Shown here piece by piece: positions 7,406-15,719 of a stretch of 17,162 bases of DNA. Below the pieces are notes generated by a model. It ran no database searches. It worked only from the letters and a program-made list of their open reading frames with translations, and was not told the DNA's origin. A program made the translations under genes and the position numbers. The stretch comes from a bacterium. GTDB lineage: Bacteria; Babelota; Babeliae; Babelales; RVW-14. Each line of letters opens with the position of its first letter. Within the stretch, counting starts at the first letter, position 1. Location: assembly GCA_043822925.1 (NCBI GenBank), contig JBDRBF010000074.1, positions 1-17,162 of the forward strand, given 5' to 3'.

Positions 7406-7466
7406 TGGATTCCAGATCTCTACTTCGCTCTATGTAGCTACGAAGTGCAGGCGCGTCTGGGATAAC
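7406..7466. repeat. Palindromic element shell with a different internal hairpin
   Basis: TGGATTCCAGAT (7406-7417) ... TCTGGGATAAC (7456-7466) around 38 nt that contain ACTTCG (7422-7427) / CGAAGT (7441-7446). Confidence 0.8.
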
Positions 7467-7476
7467 GAGAGAAAAA

Positions 7477-8307
7477 ATGAACGAACATTCAAAAAAGGCT
7501 TCTTTTTTCGAAGAAGCCTTTTTCAATTTAACTACAAATTCGGAGACCTATATACATCCGACAGCCATAATAGGCAAAGATGTAACACTTGAACCCAACG
7601 TAATTATTGGGCCTTTTTGTGTTATTATTGGGAAAGTTATCATTGAATCAGGCACCCGCTTGCACGCCAATGTCTCAGTCGGTTTCCCCGCACAAGTACT
7701 TGGCATGAAGCAAAGCTTGGGAACTGTTCATATCAAAAAAAATTGCGAACTACGTGAATTTGTAACAATACATGCCTCCCGTTATCCAGAAGGACAAACG
7801 GTTATTGGCAATAATTGCTATCTAATGAACCATGCACACGTCGGGCATGATTGTGAACTCGCTGACAACGTAACGCTTATTAATAGCGTCATGCTTGGAG
7901 GCCACACCGTCATAGAAAAAAATGCAATTATTATGGGCAATTCAGCGACGCATCAATTTTGCCGCATTGGCTCACTTACAGCTCTGGCACCATATAGTGG
8001 CATTAGGCAAGATTTACCACCGTTTTGTTTATTTAACGGACAACCGGCTGCATTTTCTGGCCTCAATAGTATCGGCCTAAAAAGAGCTGGGCTCACGTCA
8101 GAAAACATACAATCACTAAAAAAAGTTACCAATTTATTTTATAAAGAAAAACTCCCGCTAGAAGCACTTTTAGAAACCATAAAAAATCAGGCCTGGGGCC
8201 AAGACATATATGTACAACAATTCGTAACTTTTATTCAAAATAGTAAACGAGGAGTCTCAAGAAAATCAATTCTTGATGCTGACAAAAACACAGAAAGTAA
8301 CTCATGA
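7477..8307 (+). CDS. lpxA: Acyl-ACP--UDP-N-acetylglucosamine acyltransferase LpxA
   Basis: IHPTAII, hexapeptide repeats, LREFVTIH, HVGHDC (catalytic His), LGGH, HQFCRIG, QDLPPF, GLNSIGLKRAG, C-terminal SKRG. Start uncertain. Confidence 0.93.
   Translation: MNEHSKKASFFEEAFFNLTTNSETYIHPTAIIGKDVTLEPNVIIGPFCVIIGKVIIESGTRLHANVSVGFPAQVLGMKQSLGTVHIKKNCELREFVTIHASRYPEGQTVIGNNCYLMNHAHVGHDCELADNVTLINSVMLGGHTVIEKNAIIMGNSATHQFCRIGSLTALAPYSGIRQDLPPFCLFNGQPAAFSGLNSIGLKRAGLTSENIQSLKKVTNLFYKEKLPLEALLETIKNQAWGQDIYVQQFVTFIQNSKRGVSRKSILDADKNTESNS
7492..7523 (+). terminator. Intrinsic terminator-like hairpin downstream of tRNA-Gln, inside the 5' end of the lpxA ORF
   Basis: Perfect 13-bp inverted repeat AAAAAGGCTTCTT (7492-7504) / AAGAAGCCTTTTT (7511-7523), loop TTTTCG, ending in a T-tract. 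Confidence 0.7.
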
Positions 8308-9254
8308 TTAAACTTGGGATTATTGGCCTAGGCCGCATGGGAGGCTATCACGCTTCTGTATGCTCACAACTTAACTCAATTAATTTTTTTGCCGTCGCTG
8401 ACCCAAGTGAACAAGCATGGGACAAAGTCAAAAAACCAGACGTGCTCAAATCTCCTGATTATACACAATGGATCGACAGCGTCGATGCTGTTATAATAGC
8501 CCTACCAACAGAATTACATTATCCTGTTGCAAAAGATTGCTTACTCAGAAGAAAACATGTTTTAGTCGAAAAACCATTAACAAAAACAATCGATCAAGCA
8601 ACAGAACTCTTTAGCATCGCTGATCAAAACAACGTTGTTCTTCATGTTGGACATGTCGAACGCTTTAACGGCGCCGTACAAGAACTTAAAAAGATTCTCG
8701 ATACTCCATATTTAATAGAATGTCATCGCATGGGACCTTTTGACCCGCGCGTACAAAATGACAGCGTCGTGCTTGATCTTATGATTCACGATCTTGATAT
8801 CGTTATTAATATGGTCAACTCACCAATCAAAAAGCTTTCTGCACATGGGACAAAAGTACATTCACAAAATTGCGATATTGCCTCTGTACAATTAACATTT
8901 GAAAACGGCGTTATAGCAAATATAATCTCAAGCCGTGCATCACAAATTAAAAAACGTACCATGGCTATTCATCAACAAAACGAATTTATTTTACTCGATT
9001 TTGCAACACAAGATATCACCATTCATAGACAAGCAAATTCAAGTGTTCAGGTTGGCGCTGACCAAGTAAAATATAAACAAGCAAGCATTATCGAACATCT
9101 ATTTATCTATAAAGATAATCCACTTAAGCATGAAATCGAACACTTTATTAACGCAATAAAAACACAAGAAAACATGCACAATCAAGAACAAGACATTGTC
9201 GCGCTTAAAGTTGTATTCGAAATAGAAAAGCAACTTGGACTGCGTGGCATTTAA
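8304..9254 (+). CDS. Gfo/Idh/MocA NAD-dependent oxidoreductase, GnnA-like (putative UDP-GlcNAc 3-dehydrogenase)
   Basis: GIIGLGRMG Rossmann motif, HVLVEKP, VGHVERFN, VVLDLMIHDLDI. ATGA overlap with the lpxA stop. Family is secure; the GnnA call rests mainly on the lpxA/lpxI context. Confidence 0.85.
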   Translation: MIKLGIIGLGRMGGYHASVCSQLNSINFFAVADPSEQAWDKVKKPDVLKSPDYTQWIDSVDAVIIALPTELHYPVAKDCLLRRKHVLVEKPLTKTIDQATELFSIADQNNVVLHVGHVERFNGAVQELKKILDTPYLIECHRMGPFDPRVQNDSVVLDLMIHDLDIVINMVNSPIKKLSAHGTKVHSQNCDIASVQLTFENGVIANIISSRASQIKKRTMAIHQQNEFILLDFATQDITIHRQANSSVQVGADQVKYKQASIIEHLFIYKDNPLKHEIEHFINAIKTQENMHNQEQDIVALKVVFEIEKQLGLRGI

Positions 9255-10081
9255 TGATAGCAGTTATAGCAGGAACAGGCACACTACCAATAGAAGCATG
9301 CAAAGCACTTATACAGGACAAAAAAGATTTTTTTGTCCTGTCTCTTTTCCCAGAAGATAACGGTCCAGCGCTACAAACTGTTCTAGATCAAGCTATTATT
9401 ACCGGAAAAAAGCCACACATAATCTCGCAGCCATTTTACAAAGCAAGCGAATGCCTAGCCACACTTAAGCAACATAAAACAACACACGTTCTCATGATCG
9501 GCAAAGTCGACAAAAATAATTTACTCAAAAAAGTTAAATTCGACTGGCTTGCCGTCAAGTTACTTGCATCTTTAGTAACTAAAAACGACACAGAAATCAT
9601 GGAACGCATCGTCGCGTTTCTGGCCGAACATAACATGCAAATTATAAAACAAGACGCCGTTCTTAAGGCATTATTAGTCCAACCCGGTGTTCTAGCCGGT
9701 ACGTTAACACCAGAACTGGAAGCAAACATTATTTTTGGTATCAAAACAGCCTGCATGCTTTCAGAGCATGATATCGGGCAAACCGTTATTATTAAAGACC
9801 ACATGGTACTGGCCGTCGAAGCAATCGAAGGCACAGATAACTGTATCAAACGAGGCATAGATTTAGGAATAACAGACGTAATCGTCTGCAAAGCGGCAAA
9901 AAGCTCCCAGAACCGGGCATTTGATTTACCAACACTCGGCCCAAATTCTCTCAAAAACATTCAGCCTGGACAAGTTTCGGCTATCGCATGGCTCTGGTCG
10001 CACACACTTATTGCACAAAAAGATCTATTTATCGAGCAAGCCAATAAACTTGGTATTACGCTCGTATCGTATAAAATTTAA
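9254..10081 (+). CDS. lpxI: UDP-2,3-diacylglucosamine diphosphatase LpxI
   Basis: IAVIAGTGTLP, MIGKVDK, DIGQTV, VLAVEAIEGTD, Q...FDLPTLG motifs of LpxI (DUF1009). TAATG overlap with the upstream gene. Confidence 0.93.
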   Translation: MIAVIAGTGTLPIEACKALIQDKKDFFVLSLFPEDNGPALQTVLDQAIITGKKPHIISQPFYKASECLATLKQHKTTHVLMIGKVDKNNLLKKVKFDWLAVKLLASLVTKNDTEIMERIVAFLAEHNMQIIKQDAVLKALLVQPGVLAGTLTPELEANIIFGIKTACMLSEHDIGQTVIIKDHMVLAVEAIEGTDNCIKRGIDLGITDVIVCKAAKSSQNRAFDLPTLGPNSLKNIQPGQVSAIAWLWSHTLIAQKDLFIEQANKLGITLVSYKI

Positions 10082-10144
10082 AACCCGCAAAATCTCCGCT
10101 TCTAAAGATTTTAAATAGAAACCCAAGCACAAGAATAGCAGGAT

Positions 10145-10177
10145 AAAAAAATTGAGCCCAGGAGAACCTGGGCTCAA
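10145..10177 (-). terminator. Intrinsic terminator of the 852-aa gene
   Basis: Perfect 11-bp stem TTGAGCCCAGG (10152-10162) / CCTGGGCTCAA (10167-10177), 4-nt loop. The A-run at 10145-10151 gives a U-tract on the minus strand. Confidence 0.85.
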
Positions 10178-10210
10178 CAAATTACAAAATTATGCAAACG
10201 ATTCAGATTA

Positions 10211-12769
10211 TTACGCGGTCCAGCTTCTTACTTTTTCTGGGACAGTCTTATAAAGTGGGCCATACTTTTCAGAGATCAATGGACAGATCCATCCATCAAT
10301 AATTTTACCTACGCCCCATGCGCCACTAGCTGCAATTAAATTGCCTTTAACGGCATCAACAAGCCCATCAATTATATTACAAATCTGTTCAAACGCTTGC
10401 TCATCATTAGTTTGTATTGTTCTAATTTTACGAAATACAAGAGATGCTTCCAAAGAAGTAAGCAAATGATATTGGAACAAAAATGTATCAATCACATAAC
10501 GCAAAATAACTCTATTAATAAGCGCTTGATCAGTTTCTCCCTCTTCTAGATACCCTTTTTCAGTAAGGAAATTAATGACGATCAAACGAGGCCCTGAAGA
10601 TGTAAATACACCCTTAATAACTTCTTTACCCATATCAAGCATTGCATTAAGATCATTAGCTACGTCTTTTTTGCTGTCTCTCCAATCTTGCAACGCATCG
10701 TTACTTAATAAACCGATAGCCGATAAAAATCCAGCGCCCCAATCACTCACTGTACTTGCAACAGAAACGATCTGTACCGTATATTTTTTAAATAAAATTC
10801 TACTCCAATGCTCTCCAACTGATGAAAGAATATAACGAATCGCACGTTCTTCAAGGTATTTAACACTGTCGCCATCATAACCTGTTTTTCTTGCTAAATA
10901 CGCGTCTGAAAAATTAGCTACTTTCTCTGGAAAACACTTTTGCAAAACTATAGGTAAAAAAGCATTCATGATACTGCTTAACATTTCTGGCTTAATAATT
11001 CCCCAGGTTGAAGATTCAATCATGCTAATCGTAAAGGGGTCACCATATTCCCACACTTTACGAGAAAAGAAACGCCCTAAAGAAGCATTTGTCTGATATG
11101 CTGCTCTTAAAATTGCCTCTTTAAGATACTTATAATCACGTGGCCATAGCTCTTTAGTTTCGCCTGGCTTAGAAAATAAATTCACATGAAATAAATGATA
11201 ATACGTAAATGACGTAAAAATCTCACCATAAGACTTTAAAAGGTCCCCCGGCTGCATCTGCCAAAAACTCGGCTTAAAAAACACCGGAGCGGCATAACCC
11301 ATAGCAAAAACATTATGCATAAGAAGGGCTGCTGGAGTAACAGCAGAAGCCTTTTTGCCCCCCAAAAGCGTATCAAACAATATACCTTTTCTAAAATCAG
11401 CTCTGGTATCAAAAAACATCCATGCTGACATAGAAGTTCTCACAACATAATCTGCAGTATATGGCAACATCAATCCTGGAATCATAAGCCTTTTAACAAA
11501 CCCAGGGTTCCCCTTTTTTACAGCCATATCTTGTGCATATTTTTCATAAAGATTCCGTGCAAAATCAAAACCATAAGCAAAAAATCTAAACAAATCTTTA
11601 AGTTCTTCAGGCGATTGTAAACGAGCACTTTTTTGTACAGACTCGAAAACACGTAATGTTTGTAAAAATCTATTAAGATCACCTTTTTGCCAATAACGTA
11701 TCGCAAGAAATAGTTTTTTACTGTCACTTACTGACGCAACGGTATCACGTTTCTGATCTAACGTCATTGCAAGATCAGACTTCTTATCTTTCTTTTGCTG
11801 GGATGAAAGCTTTTCTTGCTCAACAAATTCTTTAAAATGAGTCACAACATAATCTTCAAAAAGATCAAACGTCTTTTGTATTTTAAGCCGCGCTTGCACC
11901 ATTAACGGTGTAATAGACTTCAAAAGTACGGTTGCAACCATACCAAAATCTTTTTCTTTTACCGATTTTAATAAATCATAAAAAGAGGTAAACGTATCCT
12001 GGACCGGTACGCTTAAGCTTAATATAAAGGGTTTCAAGACAGCTAAAGATTTAAGTAAATCTGCAAGATCCTGCTCACTATATTGATCAACTGATTCAGT
12101 TGATAATCCAAGATCTTCTTCTGCTCCGCCAAGCACTCCACTGATCATTGCTGTCGGATTACCGTCACTCAAAGCCCCACCAAGAGCACCCATTTGAAAA
12201 GAAGATGCCGTTTTTGTAGTCGCAAGATTAATTAATCGTTTAAAACTCTTATTTAGTAACCCATCTTGCAATTTTTCAAGATTTTGCAGAATAATTACAC
12301 AATCTTCTGCTGGCAGCGTTCCCGCTTGCTGTGCATCTTCTATCTGACCAGAAACCGACGTACCCCAAAAAAGAAGAATCCGCTCAACATTCAAATAATC
12401 TACAAAATGTGTATAAATAGCTTCTGTTTCACCCAAGACCGTTTTTAAAGCTTCAGGCAAAATTTCTTTATTAACTCGACGGCGTTCCATTTCCCGTGTT
12501 TGAAAGTCATTAAGAATCTTTTGAATAAGTTGCGCAAAATCATTAGGATCAAAATTGGCAATTCCACCAGTTTTTGGTTTAACAGCCAAATCATCTTTTT
12601 TTATTTCAGATTTTATTTCAGCCGTCACATGTGCTTGGGCTAGATTTGAGATATCAGCATGCACACACGATAAAAAACATGAAAATAAAACAAAGAAAAC
12701 AAAAGACAAAGATAACTCTTGAACATTTTTTCTAAAAAACATAAACATTATTGAAACCTTTTCTACCAT
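10211..12769 (-). CDS. Large hypothetical protein with signal peptide, probably mostly helical
   Basis: 852-aa uninterrupted ORF, RBS GGGTGGGG, hydrophobic N-terminus ending VHA, own terminator. No family motif recognised. Confidence 0.85.
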   Translation of the reverse strand: MVEKVSIMFMFFRKNVQELSLSFVFFVLFSCFLSCVHADISNLAQAHVTAEIKSEIKKDDLAVKPKTGGIANFDPNDFAQLIQKILNDFQTREMERRRVNKEILPEALKTVLGETEAIYTHFVDYLNVERILLFWGTSVSGQIEDAQQAGTLPAEDCVIILQNLEKLQDGLLNKSFKRLINLATTKTASSFQMGALGGALSDGNPTAMISGVLGGAEEDLGLSTESVDQYSEQDLADLLKSLAVLKPFILSLSVPVQDTFTSFYDLLKSVKEKDFGMVATVLLKSITPLMVQARLKIQKTFDLFEDYVVTHFKEFVEQEKLSSQQKKDKKSDLAMTLDQKRDTVASVSDSKKLFLAIRYWQKGDLNRFLQTLRVFESVQKSARLQSPEELKDLFRFFAYGFDFARNLYEKYAQDMAVKKGNPGFVKRLMIPGLMLPYTADYVVRTSMSAWMFFDTRADFRKGILFDTLLGGKKASAVTPAALLMHNVFAMGYAAPVFFKPSFWQMQPGDLLKSYGEIFTSFTYYHLFHVNLFSKPGETKELWPRDYKYLKEAILRAAYQTNASLGRFFSRKVWEYGDPFTISMIESSTWGIIKPEMLSSIMNAFLPIVLQKCFPEKVANFSDAYLARKTGYDGDSVKYLEERAIRYILSSVGEHWSRILFKKYTVQIVSVASTVSDWGAGFLSAIGLLSNDALQDWRDSKKDVANDLNAMLDMGKEVIKGVFTSSGPRLIVINFLTEKGYLEEGETDQALINRVILRYVIDTFLFQYHLLTSLEASLVFRKIRTIQTNDEQAFEQICNIIDGLVDAVKGNLIAASGAWGVGKIIDGWICPLISEKYGPLYKTVPEKVRSWTA

Positions 12770-12885
12770 TTACCCCACCCTATAAAGCATTGCCACAGGG
12801 CAATAGTATTGCACAACCAGCGTTTGCAGTCAATTAAGCAAGCACTGGAAAGGCCATATTTCACGATAGAAAGAGATATAAAACT

Positions 12886-12919
12886 TGGATCTCAAATTCT
12901 TGTCATCCTGAACTTGTTT
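12886..12919. repeat. Degenerate or truncated palindromic element remnants
   Basis: TGGATCTCAAAT (12886-12897; 10/12 match to the shell left arm), then TGTCATCCTGAACTTGTTT (12901-12919), a tagged half element related to the murD copy. Confidence 0.55.
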
Positions 12920-12990
12920 ACCCATGATTAACCCCATTTTTAAAAACAGAAATCTTTAACAAGCATAATGCCCATATTTTGAACAATAAC

Positions 12991-14106
12991 TCAGTACTCA
13001 GCAAGCTCTAAACGGGCGAAATTCACAATTAAACCAACCATACAAAAAAAGCTCACAAGTGCCGTTCCACCATAGCTCACAAACGGCAACCCCAGCCCTT
13101 TAGTCGGCAAAAGCCCCGTTGTTACCATCAAATTCATTATCGCCTGCAAGCTCATAAACATAACAAACCCCAATGACGTAAAAAACGCATAAGGTGTTTT
13201 AAGCGAAAGAGCGATACGCATCCCATACAAACAGAACAAGAAAAAGCTCACAACAATCAAAACAGACCCAATAAATCCCGTTTCTTCAGCTATAATTGGA
13301 AAAATAAAGTCTGTGTGCTGCATGGGTAAATAAAAGAACTTTTGTTTAGAACCAGATATACCAAGCCCCCACAACTGCCCAGAACCTATAGCAATAAGCG
13401 ACTGAATAATCTGAAAACCACTGCCCTGAGGATCAGCCCAGGGGTTCAAAAAGACCAAAATACGGTTTAAACGATACGGTTTGGCGACAATCAAGTACAA
13501 GCCAAACGGAAAAGCACAGAGCAACGTAACCCCCAAATAGATCATTTTAAACTCTGCAACAAAGAATATCATAATAGCCGTAGCAAAAATCGTAACAACT
13601 GAACCAAAATCGGGCTGCAAAAGCAAGAGTACAAAAGTACAGCCGAGCACCAATAAAAACGGTAAATAGCTGTGCAAAAAAGAACGTATCATCTTTTGTT
13701 TACGCTCAAGAAAAAAGCCTATATACATAAACAAGAAAAGCTTTAAAAACTCACTCGGCTGAAAATTAAACCCAAAAATACTCAGCCACCTACGTGAACC
13801 ATGAATAGATATCGACAGTTTTGGCAATATCGTCAAAACCATTAAGCCAATCGAAAACAAAAAAAGATATGGCGTTATTTTTTTTAAATACGCAACAGAA
13901 ATACGCGCAAAAAACGCAAACCCAATAAACGCTGGAATAAGATAGAAAAATTGTTTTTTTAAGAAATAATGCGCCGAACCAAACTTTTCAAGCGCATAAA
14001 TCGAACTGGATGAATAAATAAAAACGAGACCAATTAGTGTTAAAAAACCTGATAGCGCAACAAACACACGTACGTTATATTTAAGTTTTTCTTCTAAGAT
14101 ATCCAT
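12991..14106 (-). CDS. ftsW: SEDS peptidoglycan polymerase FtsW
   Basis: Polytopic membrane protein with GSRRW, FQPSEFLK, QPDFG, GFQIIQSLIAIGSG, HTDFIF.IIAEETG, LPTKG..LPFVSYGG. Directly downstream of murD. RBS AAGGGGAG. Confidence 0.95.
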   Translation of the reverse strand: MDILEEKLKYNVRVFVALSGFLTLIGLVFIYSSSSIYALEKFGSAHYFLKKQFFYLIPAFIGFAFFARISVAYLKKITPYLFLFSIGLMVLTILPKLSISIHGSRRWLSIFGFNFQPSEFLKLFLFMYIGFFLERKQKMIRSFLHSYLPFLLVLGCTFVLLLLQPDFGSVVTIFATAIMIFFVAEFKMIYLGVTLLCAFPFGLYLIVAKPYRLNRILVFLNPWADPQGSGFQIIQSLIAIGSGQLWGLGISGSKQKFFYLPMQHTDFIFPIIAEETGFIGSVLIVVSFFLFCLYGMRIALSLKTPYAFFTSLGFVMFMSLQAIMNLMVTTGLLPTKGLGLPFVSYGGTALVSFFCMVGLIVNFARLELAEY

Positions 14107-14159
14107 CCCGCTCTCCCCTTTTTAAGAGACAACACGTTACGTTACAAAACCTGCTCTTA

Positions 14160-15704
14160 CTATACGCTACTCACTTTTTTTAATACAAGTTCTTTAAAAA
14201 CATCTCCCCGATGCTGGTAATTTCTAAAGAAATCAAAACTTGTCCCGCCCGGCGAAAAAAGAACCTGATCACCAGTTTTTGCATCACAAACTATTTTATC
14301 TAGAACTTCAGGCAACGTTACACAAATAACACATGCTCCCAAATGGGCGCAATCAGGACCAAAACAATAAACCTGTTTTATATTTTGTATGTTTTTTAAC
14401 ATCTGAGTAAATAACGTTCGATCGACCCCTTTACCAAGCCCACCAATAATCACGTGTACCGGAGCATTATTTCCGGACAGTTTTTTTGCAGCAGCATAAG
14501 TAGCTTCCATAACTGTCGACTTAGAATCGTTATAAAAAATTACGCCATTAATAGTAGCAACACGCTCTAATCTATGTGAAAAAATTTTGCACACTTCATC
14601 AGGTACGTTATGTGTCGTAAAACGCTCTTCCAGTTCTTTAATATTTACGCCCAAATAATATAAAGCACCCAAAATTATAAGCCAGTTCTCTAAAAATGTA
14701 CTATCAAGAAGCACAGATATCTTAAATAAGCGCGTTTCTTGTATTTTATTTTCTTTGACAAAAATCCCATCAAAAAAAAGCTCATATAAGTAATTATCAC
14801 GCACATGCAAAACTTTTATCTGAGTTTCACACAAATCACATAACGAGAGAAACTCTTGCGAACTAACAGGACGCGTGCTGACAAAACAAATATGTGACGT
14901 TAAATCTTTAAGATTATTTTTAAGAAATTCACCTGCCTGGCCAGAAAACATATCGAGAGAAAAAAGAGACATTTGCCCCTTTTTTTGATGCTTAACCAAC
15001 CGCCATTTAGCCTCAAAATATTCTTGAGCCGTTTTATGCCGATCAAGATGATTACAGAAGAAATTGGTCCAGAGTGCAATATCAGGAGCACATGTTTTGC
15101 TGCGTTCCAACTGAAAACTCGAAAGTTCAAGCACCGCAACGTCTAACAGTTCTTGAGTTGCAATAAGATCAAGCATAGCAGTAGTGCCAATATTACCACC
15201 ACAAGCAACTCGACACGGCCCATCAAAATCACAATAAGCCAAAAGTTTTGCGAGCAAACCAGTAACCGTAGTTTTGCCTAAAGACCCGGTAATACCGATA
15301 ATTGGTTTTTTGAAAAACATATCAAGAATATCAAGCTCACACAAAATCTTATGATCATACGCATGATAATCGTTCATATTAAACCCAGGACTGGGCAAAA
15401 TATAATCATGAGATTTAATACAATCTTCTAGACTATATTTGTCGTCTTGGACTTGATCCAGGATCAATCCTTTTCCACCTTCTGGACCTGCGTGCGACAA
15501 TTCTATTAAATTAGCGCCGCTTATTTTAATAAGATCACGCTCTTGTTCAGTTAATTCTCGCTGATCTATAATCGATATATCGAAAAACTCCTGAGAATTT
15601 TGGCCAAAAAGTTTTTCATATAAAATATTCGTATTTTTAGAAACAAAAGATAAAAGCGATTTGCCAACGACGCCAAAGCCTAAAATTAATATTTTTTTTT
15701 GCAT
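14160..15704 (-). CDS. murD: UDP-MurNAc-L-Ala--D-glutamate ligase MurD
   Basis: LGFGVVGKS, SPG, GITGSLGKTT, GGNIG, LELSSFQL, HLDRH, HRLE, NDSKST, LFSPGGTSFDFF.NY.HRG. Confidence 0.95.
   Translation of the reverse strand: MQKKILILGFGVVGKSLLSFVSKNTNILYEKLFGQNSQEFFDISIIDQRELTEQERDLIKISGANLIELSHAGPEGGKGLILDQVQDDKYSLEDCIKSHDYILPSPGFNMNDYHAYDHKILCELDILDMFFKKPIIGITGSLGKTTVTGLLAKLLAYCDFDGPCRVACGGNIGTTAMLDLIATQELLDVAVLELSSFQLERSKTCAPDIALWTNFFCNHLDRHKTAQEYFEAKWRLVKHQKKGQMSLFSLDMFSGQAGEFLKNNLKDLTSHICFVSTRPVSSQEFLSLCDLCETQIKVLHVRDNYLYELFFDGIFVKENKIQETRLFKISVLLDSTFLENWLIILGALYYLGVNIKELEERFTTHNVPDEVCKIFSHRLERVATINGVIFYNDSKSTVMEATYAAAKKLSGNNAPVHVIIGGLGKGVDRTLFTQMLKNIQNIKQVYCFGPDCAHLGACVICVTLPEVLDKIVCDAKTGDQVLFSPGGTSFDFFRNYQHRGDVFKELVLKKVSSV
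15440..15465. repeat. Palindromic element in frame within murD
   Basis: TGTC-GTCTTGGA-CTTGA-TCCAGGAT-C encodes ILDQVQDD on the murD strand. Shares GATCCTGGATC and GACAAAT with 4640-4679. Confidence 0.7.
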
Positions 15705-15719
15705 CTTAAATCTCGTTTT

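Noticed and set aside
2085-7466. Shell repeats as a CRISPR array or IS ends
   Set aside because: Copies are kilobases apart and self-palindromic, with no regular spacers, cas genes, transposase or evident target-site duplications.
7094-7526. Minus-strand ORFs 7094..7399 and 7287..7526
   Set aside because: Antisense to spoVG, tRNA-Gln and the repeat; typical tRNA shadow ORFs.
9436-9960. 174-aa antisense ORF
   Set aside because: Entirely opposite the well-supported lpxI, with no motif.
12789-12833. TTGACT...TACTAT promoter and ATTGCC/GGCAAT hairpin upstream of the 852-aa gene
   Set aside because: The 19-nt spacer is suboptimal and the 6-bp stem is too short to support a call.
15270-15287. 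MurD P-loop GSLGKT instead of G(T/S)NGK(T/S) as a sign of inactivation
   Set aside because: The GKT core and the other MurD motifs are intact; most likely lineage divergence.
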